From: Eledone cirrhosa
Lineage: Eukaryota
Length of the DNA: 64,000 nt
Assembly (NCBI GenBank): GCA_964016885.1
Contig: OZ024746.1
Location: forward strand, 69,688,001 to 69,752,000
Direction: 5' to 3'
The notes under the pieces are model-generated. The model made no database searches and had not been told where the DNA came from. It saw only the letters and a list, made by a program, of their open reading frames with translations. Shown in pieces: positions 42,601 through 54,854 of this stretch. Numbering within the stretch: position 1 is the first letter of the stretch; each line of letters begins with the position of its first letter. Both the position numbers and the translations under genes were made by a program.

Positions 42601-45600
42601 TGAAAAAAAAAATAGCAGGTCTTAATTAAACAATTGTTAATTGCTTATCAAGTCTTCATTATTTATAACAGCTGTAAAAGATTTCATAATAATAAATGAA
42701 TTCAATACATTTTATATAAAATATTAAATTAATTTTGCTATCATATTGCTAATGAAATACACTGTCCATGTATTTTAATTATTTTTGAAAATGAAGTGCT
42801 TGGAAATATTTAGTAGTACAACTGACTTTTTCATTAATATGATTGTAATAAAAGGCTCTTGCATAAAATTATGACAGAATGTTCTAATTTAAATATGAAT
42901 TTTAACTCCTAACATCCTATAATTATTTAGCAGAAAATAAAAAAAAATAAAAAAAAAAAAATAAATAAAAAAAAAAAAAAATCGCCTTTGTTAATTTAAA
43001 TGTTTATAGTATCTTTACTTGTGGATTGTCAATTGCGAAATTTGCAGTATTTTGCTGGTGCCATGATAAAATGCACTTATGTATATGTATATAAGTGCAA
43101 GATATAGCCCCCTCAGAACTTATTTGGTCTGTGAAGACCTGCCCAATCTCTGCTAGCAAGATGGATGCTAAATAATTTGAATTAAAATACCAGTGTAACT
43201 ACCCTCCCAATTCTGTATTCTCAAAACGATTTAAAAAGTACAGATAGCATTAGGTATAGTTTGAAAATATCAATTTGATCATCTGGATCAGTTCAGAAAT
43301 CTGATGTCAACAGTCATCATCTGAGTGAGCTGAGATAGATTCATCATTAATGTTCCAGAATTGATTGATTGAAAACAAGCAAATTATTGAAACTTTTATT
43401 TAAATTTAAAACAATGTAGGTTCTACTATTACTCAGGGAACAATAAAGATATACATCCATAGAATTCAATAGACTTAAAACCAAGCAAGTGGCTTAACTA
43501 TTGAATTTGCATACTTTGCAATATACTATCTGAATGTGTGCATTATATGCATGATAAAATTCTTTTTAATATGTTGCAGCCATAGTGCAGTTTTGTAGGT
43601 TTTAAGACTGTCTTTGTTTCATGTGGTAGAGAATAAGAATTAAAATTAGACAGTCTCATGTGTTGGTATCATAATGGTTAAAATTAAGTTTACCTTTCCA
43701 TATTCCTGCGTTTAGTTCGTCTGACAGCAACAATACCTTCTTTGGCTAGAAGGTCCAAAGAAAATGGATCTATACCCTAAAAATAAGTGAATAATAAATC
43801 ACTACAAAATATGTTAACATCACTGCTAGCAGTATTTTTTGTACAAATAAGCACAAACATACACATACAAACGTGTATACACACATAGATACTTCCATCA
43901 ACAATACACAAATCACATAATGCACTCCATCTGCACATATGTAACAGCACACATGACACACCTGGACTCTCCACCTCGGCTCCAAGACTAACGTGCCGGA
44001 CTATTCACCTACCCTCCTCACCCATCCTCATTTTTTTTTTTCCTCTCTCAACCTTCTAACCTGTTGTTCCAACCTTCTCTCTCTCCCTGAACATTGCTAT
44101 TTCCTGAAGTACTTATGCCTGATACGTTGAGGCATTCATCTACTTTGTTTTCTTTTTTCTATCTTAATCATAAAATTATTAGAATTATAGAATGGATCTC
44201 CATTGATTTCTACGAGTATTCCAGATGTCCAGATTGTGAAGTTAATGTGTAAGTGGCTGAGAATTCCAGACATGTATCCTTAATGTAGTTCTCAGGGAGA
44301 TTCAGCATGACAGCATGTGACAAGGCCGGTCCTTTAAATTACAAGTACAGTCCATCCAAATCATTTCCATCTACCCAATTTCCCTTTTTATGGTATAGAT
44401 TGACCAGAGGCTAATGATTCTGCTTTATATTATGCCCAAAAAACATTGATGCTGCTAGATTAATAAAAATATTTATCATTGAATGAAGTGTATCTAGTTT
44501 AGAAGAGATCAACCATATCCCTGCACGCCATAAAACGGAACTAAAATGGTTTGCATCAGGAAGGGAATCTGGCTTGGACTCCATATCATGGGGGCTGCAT
44601 AGCTAACCCCTGATTTAGCAAGATGACCTTAAAATGCTTGTTGTCTATTCTATCTCTTTATCTCTGTGTCTATTTCCTTATGCATTCTCAAATGGCTCAA
44701 CCAAATCAAATCAAATTTTACAAGTTAATAGTATTAGACCCCAAGATTAGCATGTAATTTTTTTATTTTCAATTGGATTAAAACAATATAACTTTTATCT
44801 AATATATTCTATAGACGGTAAGTAAACAACATTTTATAACACGAGGACATATTTTGTATGAGTGTGTGTGTTTGCGCGTTTGTTACATACACATACATCT
44901 TTACATAAATATCTAATCAGATACACAGGGAATTAAACACACACACACATCTACACATACATATATGTGATGACTGAAAGTATATGTGAGGTTGAATTTA
45001 AAAGGCTTCAGTTACCAGTCAAACTAAGTTTTGTTATTTCAATTAACAAATCTCAGGATCAATCAATAGATATTTTGAAATAATTATGAGAAAAAAAAAT
45101 ATATCTCCATATTTATTGTTTACTAATCTGAACAACAACAGCAGTAACCGTCATTCAGCTAGTATATATTATTGAAATAATTTTATAAGTGAATGCTAAT
45201 TGGATTTTTTGTCAACAAGGGAGACAACTCCAAAATGCTGGAGAGTGAGTGCGGATTTTCACAAAATGTGGTGGCAACTATAGACATTAAGATTTCAGTA
45301 AACAAGTTTATTCAAGAGTTCTGAGAAAGAACATATTAGATTGAGTGAAAAACATTCAATCCTCCTCACCCATCAGTTTCCACCGGTTTTTTAGGGGTCG
45401 GACAGGTTGTTACAGACTAAGTACTTTAACAGAGTCTCGTTTTGGAAAGAGGCACAAGACCATATGATCACGAGTCCAACACCGTAACCATTAAGCCACA
45501 TGCTTTCACAGATATGAAATAGTTCAACCCTTCAATCTCCTTTTACAGCAATTATATCTCCCAGAAAAAAAAACCTACCTTTTGGTTCAGAACTACAAAT

Positions 45601-48600
45601 CCCTTGTTGTTATTGTCACAAACTTTTCTTTTAAGTTCAATGATCTTCTGAACTCTGTCATCAATAAATTTTCGTTCAGCATCCACAAGCTTCTCACGCT
45701 CAGCAGCACTTTTATAGAAAAATCCAGAGTTTACTTCCCTACAAAGATTTCAAAGAGAGGAAAAAATATTAAATTCATCTCAATATATTTAAGTTTCAGC
45801 CCAACTAAAAACCAAATATTTAATCTAGTTGTTAAAGATGCAGTGTCTCATTTGGCTCTTATGGTGTGTGTATAGAGAGAGATAGATATATCTCATCGCA
45901 GTCGTTTTAACGTCCGCTTTCCCTGCTAGAAAGATATATATATAAATCCCTCCCCCATGAAGAATGCAAACACTAAATCCCTCCCCCATGAAGAATGCAA
46001 ACACTAAATCCCTCCCCCATGAAGAATGCACCTCCCAACATAGACTGATAATTAGCGACCTCATAGTCAGGACGAGACGTACTCGACAGCAGAAGAGGAC
46101 TATCCTCAGGAGAAAAATATGGAAGCTTAAGGACCCCACAGCCAGAAATAAATTTCAAAGCATATTACTTGATGCTTTCGACAGTAAGGAAGAGCATTTA
46201 GAGTCGGACAATATAGAGGGACAGTGGGAATTCCTGAAAGCAAACCTGCTGATGGCGGCAGACGAAGTCTGTGGCCGGAGCAGGCCTATAGGCAGGAGGA
46301 GAGTAACATGGTGGTGGAACAGTAAGGTGGAGGAGTCGATTAAATCCAAAAAGCAGGCTTGGAAAGTATGGCGGGATGGGGGAAGTAGAGAAGACTATCA
46401 AGTGGCCAGGAGGGAAGCTAGGAGACAAGTGTACTTCGCAAGAAGGGAAGCAGAGGAAAGAAAGTGCAAGCATGTTCAAAAACGTGAGGTGTTCAGGATT
46501 GCTAGGCAATGTGTCAAGGAAAACAGTGATATTGTTGGGGAGAAGTGTGTACTAAATGATGATGGCGTACTCGCCATCACTGACGCTGATAAGAAGGTCG
46601 CTTGGAAGTGTCACTATGAGAGGCTACTAAATGAGGAAAATAAATGGGAGAAGGATAGTCTCCCCAAGATCGATCCAATAGAGGGACCAGCAGGGTTAGT
46701 TGAAGGTAGTATAATAAGTAAGGCAATCAAAGATATAAAGACGGGTAAGGCGGCTGGGCCTTCGGAAATAGTTGCTGAGACGCTGAAGGCCTCTGGAACG
46801 GTGGGACACACCATGGTCACCCGGATAGTAAACCAAGTCATACAGAATGGGGTTGTTCCGAAGGACTGGCGTAGCAGCATCATCATTAACTGTTACAAGG
46901 GTAAAGGAGACGCCCTAGATAGGAGTAACTATAGAGGCATTAAATTAATCGACCAGGTCATGAAGGTCACGGAAAAAGTAATAGTGCAACTAATCAGAGA
47001 GAGAATCGATCTAGATGAAATGCAGTTCGGGTTTGTGTCAGGCAAAAGTACCACAGACGCTCTTTTCATAGTACGACAACTACAGGAGAAGTACCTAGCT
47101 AAAAGTAAACCCCTATACTTAGCCTTTGTCGACTTGGAGAAGGCCTTCGACAGAGTCCCCCGTTCCATTATCTGGTGGGCTCTTAGAAAACTAGGTGTTG
47201 ACGAATGGCTTGTGAGAGCTATACAAGCCATGTATAAAGAAACAGTGAGCAAGGTTAGAATTAACAACGAATATAGTGAAGAGTTTAGCGTAAAAGTTGG
47301 TGTCCATTAGGGCTCTGTTCTTAGCCCCCTACTATTTATTATTGCTCTTCAGGCTATAACAGAGGAGTTCAAGACCGGCTGCCCATGGGAACTCCTATAC
47401 GCAGATGACCTAACGCTCATAGCTGAATCAATGGCCGAGCTAGAGAAGAAATTCCAAACATGGAAGCACGGCCTAGAATCAAAAGGCCTTAAAATTAACC
47501 TGGCTAAGACTAAAGTTCTAGTTTGTAGGAAAGAAAATAAGGCGCCGGTCCCTTCCGGGAAATGGCCATGCTCAGTGTGTAGGAAAGGCGTAGGTAGAAA
47601 CTCCATTTTATGTCCCAAATGCAAAGTATGGGTGCATAAAAGATGTAGTGGGATCACAGGTAAGCTAATTAAGAACACAGATTTTACATGTGGCCGGTGC
47701 TCTGGTGCAATAAGTAGCAGCAAGTGCCCACTAAATACTAGCTCTTTCAACTGCGCAGAGGGTTCTATAGAAATAGTGGACAGCTTCTGTTACCTGGGTG
47801 GCAAAATCAGCAGTGGGGGAGGGTGCTCTGAAAGTACAGTAGCTAGAGTCAGAACTGGATGGAAAAAGTTCAGAGAGCTTATACCACTATTAGCCGCTAA
47901 AGGGTTCTCCCTAAAAATGAAAGGCAGGTTGTATGATGCCTGCATACGAACAGCAATGTTGCATGGCAGTGAGACATGGGCATTGTGTGCAGAGGATATA
48001 CGCAGACTAGAGAGGAACGAAGCTTGCATGCTCCGCTGGATGTGTAATAGTAATATATGCGAACGGCAAAGCATAAACGAACTAAGGAAAAAATTAGAAA
48101 TAAGAGGGATCAGATGTTGTTTACTCGAGAGAAGGCTACGTTGGTATGGTCACGTGATGCGCATGAAAGACGACAGCTGTATAGCAAAATGCAGGGCAAT
48201 AAAGATAGACGGTAGCCACGGAGTAGGCAGACCCAGAAAAACCTGGGACGAGCCGATAAATTCCGACCTCACACACTTCCACCTCTCCAAGACTATGTCA
48301 CTGGACCGAGACCTTTGGCGGTACTCAGTAATAGAGAAGACCCGCCTTACCTAAATACAAAGTAAAACCTACTACAGTCAGTAGGCATCTCTAACAAAAT
48401 ACACCCCCGTCCCACCACCTCCACCCCATTCAATGTAAAGTTATGTTGGTGCCACAAAATCCAGGCCGAAACAAATGAGATCGTGTAGGTGTCACGACAA
48501 AAAATCCAGGCCGAAACAAATGAGATCGTGTAGGTGTCACGACAAAAAAACACAGTCCACGCTGTAATGTGACCGTGTAGGCAACACGGTAAAAACCTCC

Positions 48601-51600
48601 CAGTCCCACACTGTAAATGTGGTTGGTGTTAGGAAGGGCATCCAGCTGTAGAAAACCTGCCAGACAGTCCACGCTGTAATGTGGCCGTGTAGGCAACACG
48701 GTAAAAACCTCCCAGCCCCACACTGTAAATGTGGTTGGTGTTAGGAAGGGCATCCAACTGTAGAAAACCCGCCAGACAGTCCTATGCGAGCAAGACAACC
48801 ACTCTTGCCTCAAGTGGGAAAACTCCCGTCCAAACCCATGCAAGCGTGGAACATGGACGTTAAACGATGATGATGATGATGATGATGTACCATATGACAA
48901 ACCTAGAGAGTTTAGCAATCACTGCATGAGTAAACTAATATGGTTAATTTATACAAAGAAAAAAAATGGCCTGACTATAGTTTCAAATGTTATTACAGTC
49001 TCATCAGCAACCACTTAACCCAATCTTAACTAACCACTGTAAAACTGTATCTAAAGTCACTATTATTTCATTTCTTAAGGATGATGGATTGGCAGAATCA
49101 TTAGAGCACTGGACAAAATTACTTCATATTTGGTTATGATTCTTTACTTTCAAAGTTCAAATACCAACAAGGTTAACTTTACCTTTCACTCTTCTTGGGT
49201 CAATAAAATGAAATACCAGTTAATTACTGGAGTTGATTTAATCAACTTTCCCTTCCCCACAAATTACTGACCTTCTGTCTAAATTATAAAATATTATTTA
49301 TTGCTTTATTAAACCAGGTTCTCTGACTTCAATGGGTGACACATTCCAACATCGTAAGTGTTTCATTTTTATGCTTATTTTAATTAGTTTGACTAGCAGA
49401 AAAACCACCCTACAGGCGGTTTTCTGCTAGCATTTGTAGTGTGTATATTGATATTATACACAAATGTATATGCATGTAGCTATGATACATCAAATAAAAT
49501 CGTAATTGCCAATATACACAGAAATTGAACTAAGTCTATGTTACACTGTCTTCTGTAATCAGTAATGTAATCCGCATTTAAAAAAAGACGATGTTATATA
49601 TAAACTGCATTAGGAGAAAATTAGCGACGGAAATATATGCAATATTTTTGTAAGTGTTATAATATAACGGCCGTTAACCGGAAGTGTTGACATTTGAAAA
49701 TTTTAAAGGTCTTTAAATAAGCTATAAAATATATTTAATCAACAGCCACGAAATTTAGCACATAAATTATGTAATATTCATTCATTATTTATGGATTGGC
49801 AGTATCGGTAGAGGGTCAGCCGCCATGCTTTGACGCATAGTTACGGCCCTTGCCATTCTGAGTTCAAATCCCGCCGAGGTTAACTTTGCCTTTCATCCTT
49901 ACGGGGTTGATAAAATAAAGTACCAGTAATGCACTGGATAATTGCTGGCCTGTGCCAAAAGTAGAAACAATTATTTTGAGTTAATCATACTCAAGAGGGT
50001 TATCAATTTTATTTGTTTGTAATTTTTTTTTTTTCCCCTGTGTGCAGGCTTGAAATTCTATCGTGTTTAAATATCAATAATTTACAATTATATAATTTTA
50101 CTTGATTTTTTGGGTCAAATTTGACTTTTATGGGCAGGTGAAATTAATTAATAGGGGCATTTGAAGTATCAACCAGGTGCAAAGACTGGTTTAATTTTAA
50201 ATACGTTGTTTTCGACATAATACTTGATATATAAAGATCACTAAAACATATATCAGTGCTCCAGTAATTCCAGTCGTGGAAATTGTTTTATACCGAACAA
50301 TATTTACGGTAAAAAATGCTTGCATTTCCACAGCATCTGTCGGTCGCCAAACTGATCGAGTTTTCCTCGATTTGAAATCTGTTGTTGGGCATATCGATTA
50401 ATCTCTTCTGACACAACTTTGAAGAAAGTTTGTGGTAAAAACAAAAAGAAATAATCCAGTGCTTTAGCATCGGGAGCTAATGTATGTTGTGAACCAGTAT
50501 TTTTAATAAAATCAGGAACATATATTGGTGTGGTATTTTTCAACCACGTTGCAGTAATATTTTCAATGATGTCCTGGAGATCTCTTTCGTTTTCACTTTC
50601 AAAACAACAATCATCGTCGGATGAAATTTCAGAAATGTAAACATTAGATTCATTTGATAAATCACTAATATTATCTTATGTTTCTTGTTCATTCTGAATG
50701 TCGTCGTGTGTAAAACCTTCAAAGTCGGTATCACTACTTTTACAAGCCATGTTGATACACAAAAAAGTCTTCTACTTTCAACGTTAAAAAAATACATGTT
50801 TTAAGTTGTTTCACTATATTAAGTGTTAATTTTTGCGGTAAGGGCATAATCTCACAGTAATCTTGAACCAACAAAATTTTGATGATGGTTTGTTTATTTT
50901 TAGAACAACATTTTACTGCGGGTGTTATCGGCCGGTTTCGGGCAGTTTGAACACGAAAGGGTTAAGCCAAAAACTGTGGTAAAGTAACTTACCATATAAG
51001 GTTATGGTTAACTCAAGGCTCCCAAGATGCCTTGCAGTGGTATTAAACCCATGACCCCATGATTGGGAAGCAAACTTCTAAACTATTTAACTGTACCTAA
51101 GTCACAGATGCAGTTACAACTTTAATATTTAGGTTTTATCATACAGTACACACTATAGTGTTTTAAACAGGAATATTTACATTAAATACAGGGATTATGT
51201 TGGAACATGCTGGATAGTGAGTATTAAAAAAAAAAAAAACATGAAAACAAAAGCTACTTACGTCTTTTCATATTCCAGTGACACATTGCATGTTAATATG
51301 TAAGCATTTTCTACTTTCTTCTTCATATCAGGATGTCTTGCTCCATGGTCCATAACTATACCCCTAACAAGTCTACAAAAAGAAAAGAAGCCAGATTTGC
51401 AATATTTAACACATTCATGGTTGTATTTCTTATGAAACACTACTTCAATTCATTAAGATTTTTAAGGTATTTACTAAAATTATTAATTCTTTTAATACTA
51501 AGTAACTAACCCTAAGATTCTTAGATTAAATTATGTTGGAAGATTTTAATCTCAATAAGAATTCTTTAAAATGGGTGATTTTGTTTTGTAGAAGGAAAGC

Positions 51601-52473
51601 CAGTTTTAACCAAGTTAATATCAAGAGTTAGCATAGCATCTGTTATAAAATTAACATTTAGCTGTAAATTTCATGCTCAGTAGATTATACAATAAAAAAA
51701 CATGTGGGGCTAGTTTATGATAGTTGGAAATATAAATGTTATAAAAGACAATAAGCTGTGTGAGAAGTGTCATGATTTATGAGAGTGAGACGAGTGATGT
51801 GAAACAGCAGAGACAGATGGAAAGAACAGAATTGAGAATAGTCCAGTGGATGAATGGAATATTGCTCAGAGAGAAACAGTGAATTGGAGAGGATAATGGA
51901 AATAGAACCAGTAATATATGTTGTGAAGAGACATAAAATTAGATGGGTCACGTGTTGTGGAAAGGTGAAAGTGACTATACGAGAGGTGTAATGAAAATAA
52001 TGTGGAAGAAGTGGAAAGGGAAAACCAAGACATGGTTTGCAGGGCCTCATGTCAAGCTCATCCATTTTGCAGATCACCTGCATCTCTCTTCACCAATGCA
52101 CTGGCTATTATTTCTGTCTCCATTTTTTACCATATTATAGCCTTTCCTTTCTCCTACTTCTTTCTACATTTATTTCAATCCCTCATCCTTCAACACATGA
52201 CCCCAAACATCTCATTCCATTTCTCTTCACAACATTCATCACAGGCTTTATTTTTCTCATCCACTCAGTGCCCAAAATAAATATTTAATTTTTTTTTAAA
52301 TTCCTTTTAGTCATTAGATTGCAACACCATCTTAATTTAGTTGATCATATCAACCCCAGTGCTTATTTTATTGATCGTGCTTTTTGTCAAACTGCTTAGG
52401 TACAGGATATAAGTATGCACACACACACACACATATATATATATATACATATAACCATTATTTTTAACATCCT

Positions 52474-52504
<31 letters not shown>

Positions 52505-54803
52505 TCCATGCTGACATGGGTTGGACAGGACATTTTGAAGTAATGTTTTACAACCGGTTGCCCTTCCCAATGCCAACCCTTTTAATCACTTCTTATAACA
52601 TGCAGATACAGTGTACCTATTGGAAACTGGATGCACACACAAAGCTTCTGCAATTTCAAATTCCACTGGTCAACCCGAGGCTAAAGATGCTCAAGATGCT
52701 GTACAGCAGGACTGAACCCAGAACCAGTGAGTTGCAAAATGAACTCAACCATAGAGCCATACCTCAATCTATTGTCTAACAAAACACACAGTTGCAAAAT
52801 CAACTCTATACAGCCATACCTCAACCTAATGTCTGAAGAAACACAGAACTTTAAAGTGAACTCCTTAACCACACGACCATATCTGAACCTTAGGCATTAA
52901 TTCATTGCAAAGTAATGACTAACAAATCTAATTTTGAAGAATGTGGAAAAAAAAAAATATCAAATAATCAAAATTTACTAACGCAGTGTCCATATCAGTT
53001 TTATGTCTCATTTCCATCATCTCTACCATATGTAAATCTATGGGTTCATTAGGTTGTTGGATAGCAAGAACAGCATCTACAGTTTGCTGAAAATAAATAG
53101 ACAAAACATCAACAACATTAACAAATGTGAGCAGCCAATTCTTAAGCATTTTGTTTCTATATTTCTAATGAAACACACTGACTAGGATTTTCCAATAATT
53201 TTGAAAATAACCAAGAATTAAGTGGGGTATATATATATATTTATCTGGTATTTGGAATCTAACTGTTCTTGAATAAAATTATGGTGGAAAGTTTTTAGAT
53301 AAATATAAACATTTTAACATTTCCGTTACCAGTCCTAATGAATTATGCTGATTTTCAAATAATCTTGAAAACAATCAAGAATTAAGAGGGATTTAATATT
53401 ATTAACGTTGTCATTATTAATCTGGTGTTTGGAACATAATTGTTCTTACATAAAAGTAGGATAGAAATTTTCTGGATAGATATAAACACTACAAACAGTT
53501 TTGTATCATAGAAACAAGAGCTGTTTCAAGTGGTTTGGTTAAATAATCAGTTGAAATATTTCAAATGTAAAAAATGATTTTAAAAATTAAATTAAAATAA
53601 GTTTGAATATGACACACACACACACAATCCCAATCACCCTAATTCATTAACTATCTTGTAATTATTTAGCAGAAAATATCTGAAAATAGCTTTGTTAATT
53701 CAAATAAAGATCATTCTGAAAAGTTGCTGTAAAGACTTTCATTTTTAACAGGATGCAGTCATAGTAGTTTTGTAGTTTTCAAGAATGTGGTTTCATGTGG
53801 TACAGGACGTTAAGAGTAAATATTAGAATCTTTTAAAAAAATATATTTAATACAATGAATTTTTCTAGTTAAATTTCAGTTTAAAAAAAAAAAAAAAAAA
53901 AAAAAAACTTACTTCAGCCAAGTTAGCAGCCAGTTTATGATGAAGTTTAGTAAAAAGTGAAGTCCTGGCCACTTCAATGAGAGTGTTGCGGTCTATTTCT
54001 CTCTCTACTTTCACTTCTTCTAACACCTAGAACATGAAAAAATAGGGCAAAAATCATGCCAGAAACAAAATACATATGATGATACAAGCATTGAAAGGCC
54101 ATTTTCACTAATAAAGTAGGATTAACCTTGCAACAAGCTTCTCTATATTAGCCTATAATCTGCATACACCCACCAACGATACTGGCTTTCATTTCTTCCT
54201 CCATCATCTTTACCCAAATCTTTCTTAGTCTTCCACTTTCTCTACTTCATTCCACATTAATTTCCATCACTCCTCTCCCCCAATCACTTTCAACAACATA
54301 TGACCCAACCAACTCATTCTATTTCTCTTCACAACATTCATTACTGGCTCTATTTCTTTCAGCCAGTTACTTTCATTCTTCCTCAACACATTACCCAACC
54401 ACATAATTATCTTCTGCTTTTCCATACATGGATGTCACCAGACCTAGAGAGGATGTCATACCTTTGATACAACTAAAAAGTCCTCTCAACCCTTTGTCAA
54501 CTAAATGAGAATCCTCAAGGCCGTTATATTCTTCTGCTTTTCCATACATGGATTGTATGAGAGTTGGAGGTATTATGTTGTATGTTCTGCATTAACACTA
54601 ACTTACACTAGCATGGATTACATAAGTCTTTGGAGGCATTACTTTGTATAGCCTGCATAACACTAACTTACATTATATAAGTATGGTACATAACACTTCA
54701 TAAACTGAAATACACGCACTACTTTCCTTAAAGTATGAAGCACGAAGTTGAATAATGGATAAGATGTTAGTAATACTCTCAATTAGTAACAGCATGTATG
54801 TGC

Positions 54804-54854
<51 letters not shown>

